Below are positions 42,884-54,942 of a stretch of DNA of 64,000 nucleotides, piece by piece. Numbering within the stretch: position 1 is the first letter of the stretch; each line of letters starts with the position of its first letter. A program made the translations under genes and the position numbers. The DNA is from Candidatus Poribacteria bacterium. Lineage in GTDB: Bacteria > Poribacteria > WGA-4E > WGA-3G. The stretch is taken from NCBI GenBank assembly GCA_965205025.1, contig CBDBFU010000032.1, forward strand, positions 32,001 through 96,000. Reading direction: 5' to 3'. The notes under the pieces were generated by a model. That model was not told where the DNA came from, ran no database searches, and saw only the letters and a list, made by a program, of their open reading frames with translations.

Positions 42884-44070
42884 ATGGAAAACCCTAAACC
42901 CACCAAACTTCCTTCTTTAATCCTTTCCCTCTATAAGGATAATATTGGCTTGTTTCTACGAATCATGCTACCTGTCGTTATCATAGCAATTATCCTTAAT
43001 ATCTTCGTATATTACTTGCATGTCAGTATGGTTGAACAGATTAACCCAGTACTACAAAGAACTATTGGGAATAGTCCTTCTCAATCTGATGAAAATAATC
43101 TTGATCAACAAGAAAACAGTGTATCAGTAAGGTTAAATACCAATGGAGGAATATCTCCTTTTCCTTCCGCACTCTACAAAGAATTCTCTTCTAACAAAGT
43201 AAAATATAATTGGACTCCTAATCATATAGAATCAACTGATCGCACACCTATATTTTGGCAAATATTACCTTATCCCATTGATAGGAAATATGAATGATTC
43301 AGTTGGTTGGAGTTGGTCAATCTCCTTTAGAACAATAGAATACACCCCTCTAATTCTTCTCATCTTCACCTTATGTCCACTATCAATCGTTGTAGCTTTT
43401 CAAATACAGACTTCAAATATAGATCAACCTGCAGGAATATCTCCACTGACAGCGCGTTCTGTATGGAAATATACAAGTAGTAGAGCACTGAAAGTATTAA
43501 TTATACCAATACTATTTATAGTAATTACCGAATTAAGTCGACATATCTATTTGTTGATTTCATTATTATTTCCAAGGCTACCCGTCTCTTACGATGGAAT
43601 ACCACTTGTACTTTTACACATGTTTGTTAATATCTATTTTCTGGTAACTCTAAGTCTTTATAATCAATGTATAATGTTCGAGAATAGGTCAATAATAGAT
43701 ATCTTCAAGAGGAGTCATTCACTTGTCAGAGGTGTGAGATTGAAGTATCTATCAATTTACTTACTGACTGCAGGGGGTAGCTGCCATCGTATCCTCAGTT
43801 CTTATGGGTTCTGCATTATTTGTTCTGTCTTTCTTCTTTACCGAACTTGCTCCAATTCAAGATGCATTAACACCACTCAAATTTCTGTCTCTCTTTACTG
43901 GTGGTGATGTCGCGGTAATGCTACCGGATAAGCTGGATATACTTCCTACAGTTTCAATTCTAATAGTTAGTGGCATTATTTCTACACTAATAGTTCCACT
44001 CTGGGCGATAGTTACCACACATTTATATAATGAGAGAATAGGTATGAAACCAAAGGTTATTGATGCATAA
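42884..44070 (+). CDS. Paralogous membrane protein (frameshifted across three ORFs)
   Basis: FKRSHSLVRG and THLY motifs parallel the upstream gene. Confidence 0.55.
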
Positions 44071-44708
44071 TGAGAGTAAGATTTCAGTATACAAGCTATG
44101 TTATAATAATTCTTCTAAGCTTACACTTTAATATTCACGCTGTTTCTCAAGAAAAAACACAGTATGATGAATTTAGATATACACAATCAAATCATAAAGT
44201 ATCCTATGATAAATACCATAAGGAACTAATGAAAATTCTGGAACCTGATCCAGGATTTTCTTTTAACATTGATTACATCATCCTCCCAATTGCAGTTATA
44301 GCCATAGGTATAGTTGTACTATATTTTGTAAGACAGATTCGGATGAATTATATCTTTGAAGCAAGAAACGAGGAAACCGATCCACAGGATGACAATGTGG
44401 AGACAGAAAAGAGTGCACTTGATCGTGCAGAAACAGCAATTGAAGCAAACGATTTTCGAGGAGCACTGAGATTCCTATATATCTCTGCTGTTCTACACTT
44501 ACAGGAATGTGGTATTCTCCCGTATGACAAGAGTATTACAAATCGTGAATACTTACAATTGGCACACACAGATCTTGATCTACAAGAGACATTAGCACCT
44601 ATAATAACAATCTTTGATGAGGTCTGGTACGGATATAAACATTGCGATGAACACACGGTAGAGAATTTTCGTGATACTTTGAAAGCAGTTTATGCAAGAA
44701 GTTCATAA
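44070..44708 (+). CDS. DUF4129-type protein
   Basis: ALRFLY, TNREY, FDEVWYG motifs. Confidence 0.75.
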   Translation: MRVRFQYTSYVIIILLSLHFNIHAVSQEKTQYDEFRYTQSNHKVSYDKYHKELMKILEPDPGFSFNIDYIILPIAVIAIGIVVLYFVRQIRMNYIFEARNEETDPQDDNVETEKSALDRAETAIEANDFRGALRFLYISAVLHLQECGILPYDKSITNREYLQLAHTDLDLQETLAPIITIFDEVWYGYKHCDEHTVENFRDTLKAVYARSS

Positions 44709-44750
44709 CAAAGTTCTTATGCACATAATACACAAGCCAGCATCCTATTT

Positions 44751-45869
44751 ATGAAACTGATTCTACGAAATTTTGCCACTATTATAATTATACTGTTCAT
44801 CACAAGCTTTCTTAATTCATGTGATTATTTAGAGACTGGTGATACACTTACTCGTATCTTAAGGAAACTAAAGTTTCGAGTTACTGAAATATCTAATAAT
44901 TATCCTTCTCGACTAAAGAAATATGATGTATTGTTCATACAAGATCTCAACACTCCACCGACAGAAAACGAAATCATAAAAATACAAGACTTTGTAAAAA
45001 ATGGCGGCATCTTAGTCGTATGTAGTGGAAATGATAAAGCGATAAATGGACTGATTGAAACATACGGTTTGAAACTACATAATTTACCCAATAGCTTAGA
45101 ATTCGTCCATAGAATGAATCCTTACCCCAATTTCCACGACCAACCTCTGGATGAAATCCGTCCACGTACATACTATGTTATTGATTCTTTAGGAAGAGAT
45201 ATTACCATACTCTACGGTTCAGAAGATAAAGGAGTAGTTGTGACTTTCGAAGATGGTGAAGGTAAGGTGTTTTTTATAACATCCTCCTATATTTTTCATC
45301 AGAATGGTCTTTGGACAGAAGAAAATGCAACGCTTCTATACAATCTAACCTCTACATTTCCTAGATCTGCACAAATCGGATTAGCAGTTGAACGTTATGT
45401 CTCTCTTGAAACGAAACCGCCAAATACATTTGTGACATTAGTGCTAAAAACCCCTGTTGGACTCGCAGGTGTTTATCTTTGTATCTTATTTTTCCTATTC
45501 ATAGCTCTACAAGGTAGACGATTTGGTAAGCCATTGGATATATATGAGGAAAACAGACGTTTGAGTTCTGAATATGTTAATGCAATGACTGCACTCTATC
45601 AAAAAAACAATACTCGAATGGATATATTACAACATATAAGAGACAAGTTCAGATATGATTTAGGTATACGATGGCGTGTAAATCCAAATTTAGATACTGC
45701 TACTTATATCGAGGAGTTAAACTCACATGGGTTGGTAGACGAGGAAGGTGTTCTTTCAAATTTATTAATCAATTTGGATTCAACCAATGTATCAGAATCA
45801 CAACTACTTGACATCGCAAAAAAAGTTGATGCATTTCGCGAGTTATCTAATTTGACAACCAAAAACTGA
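44751..45869 (+). CDS. DUF4350-type protein
   Basis: FVKNGG, GRRFGKP, EYVNAM..LY motifs. Confidence 0.7.
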   Translation: MKLILRNFATIIIILFITSFLNSCDYLETGDTLTRILRKLKFRVTEISNNYPSRLKKYDVLFIQDLNTPPTENEIIKIQDFVKNGGILVVCSGNDKAINGLIETYGLKLHNLPNSLEFVHRMNPYPNFHDQPLDEIRPRTYYVIDSLGRDITILYGSEDKGVVVTFEDGEGKVFFITSSYIFHQNGLWTEENATLLYNLTSTFPRSAQIGLAVERYVSLETKPPNTFVTLVLKTPVGLAGVYLCILFFLFIALQGRRFGKPLDIYEENRRLSSEYVNAMTALYQKNNTRMDILQHIRDKFRYDLGIRWRVNPNLDTATYIEELNSHGLVDEEGVLSNLLINLDSTNVSESQLLDIAKKVDAFRELSNLTTKN

Positions 45870-45934
45870 AATCCTATAGGAATAATCCATACAATTGGCC
45901 ATACTTTAACTATTGCAAAGAGAAATAATAAATA

Positions 45935-46888
45935 ATGGAAAATATAGTACAATCAATTTTTGATAGAATGAAAACAGAAGTGCAAAAAGCTGTTGTTGGT
46001 CAAACCGAGCTTTTTGAATTAATAGTCGTCGGTCTATTTTCCGGTGGACATATTCTTCTGGAAGGTGTACCGGGTACAGCCAAAACACTAATTGCCAAGA
46101 CTTTAGCCAAATTAGTCTCAGGAGAATTTAGTCGTGTACAGTTTACACCTGATTTGATGCCATCCGATATAGTAGGTACAAGTGTATATGACTCAAATAC
46201 AAACCAGTTTAATTTGAAACGGGGTCCTGTATTCACGAATGTATTGCTGGCAGATGAAATTAATCGAGCACCCGCAAAAACTCAATCCGCACTCTTAGAA
46301 TGTATGGAAGAACGACAGGTAAGTATAGATGGTGTGCGTCATGAACTTCAATCTCCATTTATTGTCATAGCAACACAAAACCCAATTGAATATGAGGGAA
46401 CATATCCATTACCCGAAGCTCAACTTGACCGTTTCATTTTTAAATTACTCGTTGATTATCCTGGAAAAGAGGTAGAAAACCAGATTTTGCTGAATTACCA
46501 TGAAGGGTTTGATGCTACACAGTTAGAATCAATAGGAATACAAGGTGTTTTTGACAATACCTCACTACAAGAGTATAAATCTGCGATTAAGCAAGTCACC
46601 GTGGAATCTTCAATTATCAACTATATTGTCAGTTTAGCTGAGGCATCCCGTACTTCCAATGAGCTAATATTAGGTGGAAGTCCACGCGCTTCAGTAGCTC
46701 TCCTATTAACAAGCAAATCCTTTGCAGCACTAAAAGGTAGGGATTATATTATACCTGACGACATAAAATATCTAATGCCGCATGTCTATCGTCATAGAAT
46801 AATATTGAAACCTGAAGCTGAAATCGAAGGTCTAACCCCAGATGATGTGGTGGATCGATTGCTCGCGGAAGTAGAAATCCCACGATAA
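45935..46888 (+). CDS. moxR: MoxR-family AAA+ ATPase
   Basis: GVPGTAKT, RVQFTPDLMPSD, DEINRA, YPLPEAQLDRF. Confidence 0.95.
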   Translation: MENIVQSIFDRMKTEVQKAVVGQTELFELIVVGLFSGGHILLEGVPGTAKTLIAKTLAKLVSGEFSRVQFTPDLMPSDIVGTSVYDSNTNQFNLKRGPVFTNVLLADEINRAPAKTQSALLECMEERQVSIDGVRHELQSPFIVIATQNPIEYEGTYPLPEAQLDRFIFKLLVDYPGKEVENQILLNYHEGFDATQLESIGIQGVFDNTSLQEYKSAIKQVTVESSIINYIVSLAEASRTSNELILGGSPRASVALLLTSKSFAALKGRDYIIPDDIKYLMPHVYRHRIILKPEAEIEGLTPDDVVDRLLAEVEIPR

Positions 46889-46892
46889 AATC

Positions 46893-48247
46893 ATGCATCT
46901 TAGCAAACGACTGCTCTATTTTCTCATTCCTTTAGCTATTCCAATCATACTCGTCACAACCGTACCAATTTTATTATATATTGGTTGTTTTTATTTCCTT
47001 TTATTATTATGTGTTAGTGTGGTTGATTATGTGACGAATCCGTTTATCAAAGGAATTGAAATCAATCGTGAGGTTAACTCAAAATTTTCATTAGGTGTTG
47101 AAAACAGTGTTGTATTAAATATAATCAACCGAACCGAACAAACTGTGAATTTAACCATAAAGGATGATTTTCCTGACGAATTCATTTATAAGAATATAAT
47201 ACATAAATCTTCTGTACAGTCATCAGATTCAGCTCAGTTAACATATCATCTCACACCCATACGACGGGGATTTACGAATTTGGAAATATACATGTTCGCT
47301 GTTTGGGAAAATTAGGATTAGTACTTCGTCAGTTTAAAGTTATAGCAACAACAGAGATAAAGGTTTACCCTAATCTGCAAGCAATACGGGAATATGAGCT
47401 ATTAATAAAACGAGGAATGCTACAACAGATTGGTCTAAAAAGTTCACGCCTGTTCGGAGAAGGTACGGAAATGGAAAGATTAAGAGATTATACACCTGAT
47501 GATGACTATAGACGGATAGATTGGAAAGCTACTGCAAGGCATAGAAAACCCATCGTTAGAGAATATGAGACTGAAAAAAGTCAAGATGTGATAATAATGT
47601 TAGATACAGGCAGATTGATGGCTACACCAGTTAGGTTATCTAAACCTGATTTGCTGACCGATGAGGACAGTTTGAAATATTACATGTTGAAGTTGGATTA
47701 TGCTATAAACACAACACTAATGACAGCTTATGTCTCTACCCTCAGAGGTGATAAAGTCGGTTTACTTGCTTTTGCTGATAATGTTCACCAATACTTATCC
47801 CCTAAACCTGGGAAAAAGCAGTTCTTAACGATGTTAGAATCTACATACGCATTACCTGTGATTCCTGTAGAACCGGATTTTGAATCTGCATTTACATACC
47901 TTTCTACAAAACAGCGTAAACGGGCACTAATCATACTATTCACTGATATATTGGATAAAGATTCCGCTGAAGGTATCGCAAAATATGTTGCACAATTTTC
48001 CAAACACCATCTTGTTGTATGTGTAACATTGGCTGATTCGGGTATCATAGAATTATCAGAGAAAAAAGCCACAGATTCTAAATCTGTTTATCAAAAGGCA
48101 ATCGCAGAACGACTGTTACAAGAAAAATATGTTATATTAGAAGTGTTAAAACGTCAGGGCGTAATTGCAATTGATGTTCCTGCACATCAATTAACAATGG
48201 CAGTTATAAATAAGTATATGGAGTTAAAGGCGAAGTCTATGATTTAA
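46893..48247 (+). CDS. DUF58 protein (one apparent frameshift near 47270)
   Basis: LRDY..DDYRRIDWKATAR, LDTGRLM. Confidence 0.85.
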
Positions 48248-48360
48248 CCTTAATTGTCAATTATCAGAATGAAGACTTTTGCTATTTTCTTTGACACTCC
48301 AGAGAATAAACCTTATAATACTGTTGATAAAAATACAGAACACCTTATATATAGATCAAA

Positions 48361-48781
48361 ATGTCATCACGTAGAAAATCGCGCATCTTGGCGATGCAAA
48401 TCCTATATCAATCTCATCTCATAAAAACTCCTATCAATACAATTATCGAAGATTTTTTGAAAACTCAAGAGACCGAAGAAACACTCCATCCTTTTAGCGA
48501 AAAACTCGTAAAAGGAACAACTCAAAATCTTGAGAATATTGATGCTGAAATCAATGCTTCTTCAAAAAAATTGGAAAATGCATCGATTACCGATAGTTGA
48601 TTTGACTATTCTTAGGATTGCTACCTATGAAATACTCTATGTAGAAGAAATTGATGCTGCCACTTCTATCAATGAAGCCATAGAGATATCCAAATCATAT
48701 AGTACACAAGATTCACCAAAGTTTATTAACGGTGTCCTTGATAACATCCGAAAAACACACGAGAATACCACAAAGGACTGA
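48361..48781 (+). CDS. nusB: Transcription antitermination factor NusB (frameshift in an A run near 48565)
   Basis: RRKSR..AMQILYQ; INEAIEISKSY..KFINGVLD. Confidence 0.9.
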
Positions 48782-48829
48782 CATTTCTATAGTCCAAATA
48801 TACAACTCAATATTTCTCCACCAGACAAA

Positions 48830-50617
48830 ATGTCAAATCTCAAATCGTCCATTATCGTTTTTCTTTTTATACTTCCTTTCAATCTATTTGCTGCACAAGA
48901 ATACACATTCTTATATGAATTCGGTGAAAAAGGGGAAGGTGAAGGACAGTTTGCTAAGAAGTTATTCACAGCATTTGATAACGAGGGTGGAATTTATATT
49001 ACGGATACCGAGAATTATAAGATTCTAAAGTTTAATGAAACTGGAAGATTCATATCTGAGATCAAGGTTACAAAATCCTCTGATTTTCGATTCATAAATC
49101 CAACATCTATAACTATAGGTCTTGACAAATCAATTTATGTAATGGATTGGACTCTCATACACATTATAGGAACAAATTCCCCTAAGATATTTAACTACGG
49201 ACCATGCATACATAAATTCGATGAAAATGGTCTTTATATTACTACTATTACACTACAGGATTTAAGCAAACGACTTGATAAGCTTGAGTCTGCTTCTCCA
49301 GGATTAGATGGTGAAGGGAAATATGCACTTATAATCCCAAATGGCAACACAAAACGGAACTTTTTACTCACGATTGATTCTCAAGATAACCTATATATTT
49401 GTGATGATGGTACTATTTACAAACTTGATTCAGAAGGCGGACTGATAAGGAAATTCCCTATTTCTCAACCAGCGGTTGGACAGGTAAGAAAACCTACCGA
49501 TCTGACTGTAGATAAATCCGAGAATTTATATATTGTGGATGAAGATGGACACAGAGTCATCAAGTTTGATCCATCAGGAAAATTCAGTAAGTCAATCGGG
49601 GAATCTGGGGATAAAATTGGACAGTTTATTAAACCGTTTAAGATTGCAACCTTACATGATGGTTCACTACTTATTGCTGACAAAGCAAAATACCTAAAGG
49701 ACTTTTTATCTTCTTTACCTAAACGACTACATGATCCAACACCCCGATATGACGGGTTTTCAAGGTCGTTTCGATACCGCATTCGTAGAATACAACGAAT
49801 TAACACAAATGGTGAATTCACCCAACAGATTTTGATTCCATTTCAAAGAGAATCTGAAGAAGATGTCGGACTTAAACTGAAAGGTATTGATTATGATGGA
49901 AACTTATATTACTTAAACACAGAAAAATTACACTTCAGGAAATATACACCAAAATCCTCTTTGTTTTCTTCTATGTTTCAAACAGAACTAAAACTACGAT
50001 ATACACGTGATATTCAGGATGTTGAAATAGACAATCAAGACGATCTGGATGCTGATCTATATACAAAGTCTGATTTTGACGAAAAGATAATTCAGGATGC
50101 TGCAGATGCACATCTTACCTTTTCTTACGACTTTAATGAGAACTTTCGACTTGGAGTCTCCAACCAACTGACATTACTTAGAATGACAGATACCAGCTAT
50201 TATAGATCACGAGATTTTGAAGATTTTCGAGGTACATTCAATCAAGATGATGAGTCCACAGAAACCTCCTTAGATAACAGAATTCAGTTTGAATTAGTAT
50301 GGGTAAGAGACCACAGCATCTACAGATATCGTGAAGCTCGTTTATACGGTTATTTCAGTACAATCCGCCTTGATTTTATCAATGACGCATTAGACCGTAG
50401 TAATTATAGGTATTTCGATTTCTTCGCAAAACTGTCCGATTGGGGTGGTGGGATCAAATATGATCTAAACAGAACATTTAGATTAAATTTCGAAATTACA
50501 CATTTCTTTGGTAAGAATAGATACACTTATCATGACGAAACCAACGAACTTTATGCCACAGGAATGCAGCAGGCAGACACAATTCGAGCAGTTCTATATT
50601 TGTATGGTTTCTTCTAA
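48830..50617 (+). CDS. Secreted NHL-repeat protein with beta-barrel-like C-terminus
   Basis: G.GEGQF and F..P..I..D...YI.D repeats; alternating strands ending in FF. Confidence 0.75.
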   Translation: MSNLKSSIIVFLFILPFNLFAAQEYTFLYEFGEKGEGEGQFAKKLFTAFDNEGGIYITDTENYKILKFNETGRFISEIKVTKSSDFRFINPTSITIGLDKSIYVMDWTLIHIIGTNSPKIFNYGPCIHKFDENGLYITTITLQDLSKRLDKLESASPGLDGEGKYALIIPNGNTKRNFLLTIDSQDNLYICDDGTIYKLDSEGGLIRKFPISQPAVGQVRKPTDLTVDKSENLYIVDEDGHRVIKFDPSGKFSKSIGESGDKIGQFIKPFKIATLHDGSLLIADKAKYLKDFLSSLPKRLHDPTPRYDGFSRSFRYRIRRIQRINTNGEFTQQILIPFQRESEEDVGLKLKGIDYDGNLYYLNTEKLHFRKYTPKSSLFSSMFQTELKLRYTRDIQDVEIDNQDDLDADLYTKSDFDEKIIQDAADAHLTFSYDFNENFRLGVSNQLTLLRMTDTSYYRSRDFEDFRGTFNQDDESTETSLDNRIQFELVWVRDHSIYRYREARLYGYFSTIRLDFINDALDRSNYRYFDFFAKLSDWGGGIKYDLNRTFRLNFEITHFFGKNRYTYHDETNELYATGMQQADTIRAVLYLYGFF

Positions 50618-50619
50618 TA

Positions 50620-50740
50620 TGGATTTCCTTGGATATGGAATCTGCAGCCTTACTATCAGGTGTGACACCATCCGTCAGATCAAAGTGATGAAAAGTGCCT
50701 GTCAAAACATCAAAGCAAAGTTGGAGTTTCAAGTGGTGTG
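50620..50740 (-). pseudogene. IS4 transposase fragment
   Basis: KLQLCFDVLTGTFHHFDLTDGVTPDS resembles KLHLRFDVATGTFEHFQLTNGITADS of 6333-7652. Confidence 0.75.
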
Positions 50741-50767
50741 AATGCTTCGTCTCTGTGAGATTAATTG

Positions 50768-51682
50768 TTATAATGGGAGTGGAATCTGATCTGTATAAGC
50801 ACTGATACGTTCATTAGCTAAGTCAATATATTTTTTCTCAATATCGTAGCCAATATAATGTCGTCCAGCTTTGAGCGCAGATAGACATGTTGTCCCACTT
50901 CCACAAAATGGGTCCAACACAACATCACCTTCAAAGGTATAGAGTTGAATGAGTCGATAAGGTAGTTCTTCAGGAAACGGAGCTGGATGTCCGATACGTT
51001 TCGCTGAAACGGATGGAAATGTCCAGATACTTTTTGTCCACGCTAAGAAATCTTCTTTATTTATAGTATTCTCTTTATCATTACGTTTTCGTGAAAATGT
51101 GTCTTTTGAAAAAACAAGAATATATTCGTGGACATCTCTTAGTACTGGATTTGTAGCAGACAACCAACTTCCCCATGCAGTAGAACTTCCTGCACTGGAC
51201 GCTTTATCCCAGATGATTTCGCCGCGCATATAGTAGCCTATTTCTAACATATCTTCTATGATGAAACTATGCAGCGGGATATACGGTTTTCGTCCTAAAT
51301 TTGCGATATTAATGCATGCCCTACCCCCTGTAACTAATTTCTTGTAGGTTTCTGAAAAAACAGAACGCAGAAGTTCTCTATATTCCTCTAAGGATAAATC
51401 ATCGTCGTATTCCTTTTTAGCATTATAGGGTGGAGATGTAACCATGAGATGGATGCTACTATCTGGAATATCAGACATATTCTCACTGGATGTACAATAG
51501 AGTTGGTTCAGGTTTTCATCAGGAATTGTGTTTTCTATCCACTCATCAGGTTCGGGTAGTTCCTGATCTGCATAGAGTTTCCCTCTATAGAATTCACTGG
51601 AATCGTGATTGATTCTTCCAGTTGTTCCGAATGCACTTGTCTGTGTTCCTTTTTTTTGAGTGTCAGAATCTGTTTTATCCAT
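50768..51682 (-). CDS. Orphan N4/N6 DNA methyltransferase, beta class
   Basis: TSPPY precedes HPAPFP and DPFCGSGTT. Confidence 0.9.
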   Translation of the reverse strand: MDKTDSDTQKKGTQTSAFGTTGRINHDSSEFYRGKLYADQELPEPDEWIENTIPDENLNQLYCTSSENMSDIPDSSIHLMVTSPPYNAKKEYDDDLSLEEYRELLRSVFSETYKKLVTGGRACINIANLGRKPYIPLHSFIIEDMLEIGYYMRGEIIWDKASSAGSSTAWGSWLSATNPVLRDVHEYILVFSKDTFSRKRNDKENTINKEDFLAWTKSIWTFPSVSAKRIGHPAPFPEELPYRLIQLYTFEGDVVLDPFCGSGTTCLSALKAGRHYIGYDIEKKYIDLANERISAYTDQIPLPL

Positions 51683-51696
51683 TACTTCTATCCACC

Positions 51697-52908
51697 CTAA
51701 TACCTGTCTGGATACCAATAAATCACATCACGTTTTGGAAACAATAAACCTAAAAACGCAGAGACTTCATCTGGAACTGATTCACCTGTATTCGCCTGTT
51801 CCCAGCTAATATCCCCAAATAAGAGTCGCCAGAAATCCTCTTCACTCATGTCTAATTGAATAGCATCCGAATCATTTTCTACAATCTGAATCGTTTCATT
51901 CCCATCATAACGCAACACTGCTTGTTGACCGTTAACAGTGGAAAATACGACTGCAAGTTGGGGGATCGATTTATCAGAATCCACAATTTTAGATTCCCAA
52001 TCTACCACGAAACGTCTCAGTAGTGTAGTAAGGCTAATCGCATAAAGCATCATATTTGTATGTATCGTAGTGTTGACCTCATTTCCAACTTCTACTATCA
52101 GACGTTCTACAAAAGGATGTTTAGGTGTAAACATGCCTCTGATAGCTTCTATCTTCTCTTGTTCACATACTTGTAAGAGATGGTTTATAAGTGAGTCTAT
52201 TGCATTTGGATATTCAGGTAAATATCCTACTTCACGAATATCCATACCTGTTTCATCAATTTCATAGTTTAAATATCCAACTGGGTTTCCATTTTGATGT
52301 GCCACAACGGTTGGAAGGATATTGCGTATTCGGGAGGGTTCCATATTCCAGTAGGAACGTGTTCGAGAAATAGCTCCACTCTGGTGTGCGTTGGAGATAT
52401 CGTAAATTGATGCCACAGCATCTAAATCAGTCTCTAAATTAAAATCACTTATCTGATACGTTGATTCCTCAATATTCCTCTCTGTTGAGTTGATCAGTAA
52501 ATTGAAACCTTCTATGGGTAAGGAAGTCCATCCAAATCGTTCGTAGAATTCCTCTGGAATGATAGTAAACAGGATACCAAGGTCGTATCCTTCCGTTTTA
52601 AAATATTCTACGGTCTGACGCATGAGGGCAGATGCATAACCTACACCTTGATATTTAGGATGTGTACATACACCACCGATACCTCCCATGGTTACGAGGG
52701 AATCACCCATCCTCATCCTACGTTCCCAGATACGCAATGTTGAAACAACAACATCGTTCACAACAACGACCCTTGTCTGTTGAAGTCTGTAGCTGCTATC
52801 CCCTTTTACATACTGCCAGTATCGTTCCTGTTGATTTGGATTGAAGGCTATACAGTTTAGTTCAACTACCTGTTCTAATTCTGATTCGCGTGCTGCTCTA
52901 ATTTCCAT
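51697..52908 (-). CDS. Eis-like GNAT acetyltransferase
   Basis: GIGGVCTHPKYQGVGYAS..FYERFGW; tandem GNAT domains plus SCP2-like tail. Confidence 0.85.
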   Translation of the reverse strand: MEIRAARESELEQVVELNCIAFNPNQQERYWQYVKGDSSYRLQQTRVVVVNDVVVSTLRIWERRMRMGDSLVTMGGIGGVCTHPKYQGVGYASALMRQTVEYFKTEGYDLGILFTIIPEEFYERFGWTSLPIEGFNLLINSTERNIEESTYQISDFNLETDLDAVASIYDISNAHQSGAISRTRSYWNMEPSRIRNILPTVVAHQNGNPVGYLNYEIDETGMDIREVGYLPEYPNAIDSLINHLLQVCEQEKIEAIRGMFTPKHPFVERLIVEVGNEVNTTIHTNMMLYAISLTTLLRRFVVDWESKIVDSDKSIPQLAVVFSTVNGQQAVLRYDGNETIQIVENDSDAIQLDMSEEDFWRLLFGDISWEQANTGESVPDEVSAFLGLLFPKRDVIYWYPDRY

Positions 52909-52927
52909 TAATATTCCTTGTAACATC

Positions 52928-53977
52928 TTACTTCATTGTAAAAACAACGCCTAAAGCATCAGCGGGTGTTTCAATCAATTTGTCACACCCATCTGCAGCG
53001 TTGTCAATTGGAAGTAAATCAGTAATTAAATGTCCAACATTGATTTTACCTTCAGACATCAATCTAAGGGATAATTCTAAGTTGCGTTGAGTTGGCCACG
53101 GCACAAAAACCGGTGGATAGTCAGCGCCGTGTTCATAATCCTCATCGTGATATCCTGGACCTGTGCGTGCAGCACTGATAACATCAACGTTTCCAAGTCC
53201 TGCTGCAAACCCGTGTGTAATACTGGCACCACCGACAATGACGATTCGACCCATTTTGTGTGTATCGGGTGCTGTCTTTAACATTGCACGAATCTGTTGA
53301 AATGCACCGCTGGCATCTCCCCCGAAGGCGATGATTCCACAATCCATGCCGTATCCTCTCGTGAATTCAGCTGCAATTGGAATCGGATCTGTTTCAGACA
53401 CATTTATTGCTTTGTCTACACCTGCATTTTTGGCAATCTCTAACCGTAATGCAAAATTATCTAAACCGATGACATACGCACCTGCAATTTTTGCGATCTG
53501 ACATGCGAATTGTCCAACGATACCCAAACCTGCTACCACAACATTCTCTCCGATCCGTATCCGTCCACGTTGAACTGCATGGAGTGCTGTTGCTGCAAGG
53601 TGGATGGATGCGGCGTGTTCGTCCTTAACGTTTTCTGGAATCTTCGCACAAAGGTTATGGGGAACACACGCATAGGTTGCATGTAATGCGTAACCTCCTC
53701 CCATGCCTGCCACTCTGTCCCCGATCTCAAATTCATCACAATCTCCCTCTTTACCGATAACAACCCCCGCATTAGTATATCCGAAGGGTCGCTTATTTTC
53801 AGGAGATCCCGGGTTCTCTCGTCTTCTTTTCATCCCACCCAATTCCGTCCCTGGACTCACCATCGATGCGTGGACTTCAATTAGTAATTGTCCCGGTTTT
53901 GGATTAGGTGTTTCCTGTTCCTCTGTTGTAATATAACCGGCATCGTTCCGCATCACAACTTTTCTGATTTTACTCAT
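52928..53977 (-). CDS. MDR / zinc-type alcohol dehydrogenase-like oxidoreductase
   Basis: SPGTE, GY..AG.V, GLGIVG. Confidence 0.88.
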   Translation of the reverse strand: MSKIRKVVMRNDAGYITTEEQETPNPKPGQLLIEVHASMVSPGTELGGMKRRRENPGSPENKRPFGYTNAGVVIGKEGDCDEFEIGDRVAGMGGGYALHATYACVPHNLCAKIPENVKDEHAASIHLAATALHAVQRGRIRIGENVVVAGLGIVGQFACQIAKIAGAYVIGLDNFALRLEIAKNAGVDKAINVSETDPIPIAAEFTRGYGMDCGIIAFGGDASGAFQQIRAMLKTAPDTHKMGRIVIVGGASITHGFAAGLGNVDVISAARTGPGYHDEDYEHGADYPPVFVPWPTQRNLELSLRLMSEGKINVGHLITDLLPIDNAADGCDKLIETPADALGVVFTMK

Positions 53978-54436
53978 TTCTGTTACCTTTATAGCAGTAG
54001 TATCAATTCTTATCGTATTTTATTCTATTTCTGATTTAGTGTCAAATCATGAAGGTGGTAAGGGTGTGTAAAGTAATTGTCACTTTATTTAACACCAATG
54101 ATATCTCAATTCCAATTCATCCAGTCTGAATTTCGAGATTTACAGCTTATTCTTTGCTACTATAATTTTGACAATTCTATTTCAAGGGTAACTGAGAATC
54201 TAATGATAAGTCTATTTTTTGGAGTTTTCTATATCAAAAATACCGTACTCCAGCGGGGTACTATGTGTCTATAGAAAACAATATCGGAACAATCTGGCAC
54301 TCCAGCGGAGTGCTATGTCCTAATCCACTATGAATGTTTAGTGACAAATACTATACATACCCAGGTGGTAAGTTTAAAATTAGTCCCTCATTGTTCCAAC
54401 GGAATGTTTATAGCAAAAGTGTCTATCCCAATAATT

Positions 54437-54631
54437 GAGTCGCGGGGAATGCCAAAAGGCATTCCCCGGTGAATGTCTAATGAGGATTAAGTAAATATTT
54501 CGGTAATCCAGTCCATAAACTTATCGTAGGGGCGGGGTTAACCCGCCCGTATATTACCGAATTAATAAATTAATCTTCATATGTCATTCATTCCGTTGAT
54601 TTCTTGATTTGGTAGGGACGAAATGTCTATA
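54437..54631. mobile_element. Nested stack: REP > mini-element > mini-element > MITE-A (54480-54580) > REP
   Basis: Each layer matches stand-alone copies elsewhere in the window. Confidence 0.7.
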
Positions 54632-54942
54632 ATATAATATCAAAATCCGTGAAAACAACAAATACAATCCGTTAACTAGCGCAAGTCGTTAATTAGTTTT
54701 GTTAAAGTTGCACCGAAGATAGTATATGATATATGAGTATCCACTTATTTGGTGTTTTTTGTGTGATAATTATGAGAAAGGTGATACAATTAACAACTAC
54801 AATTATCTTGATATATTGTAGGTTTTCTATAGTACATCACATCGTATATGTAGTCCGGCACACTCAAATATCGACGCATTTATGTTCTTTTCCCAGTTGA
54901 AAAGGACTGAAATCAGTCCAACCTATAAGGAAGATAGCATCA

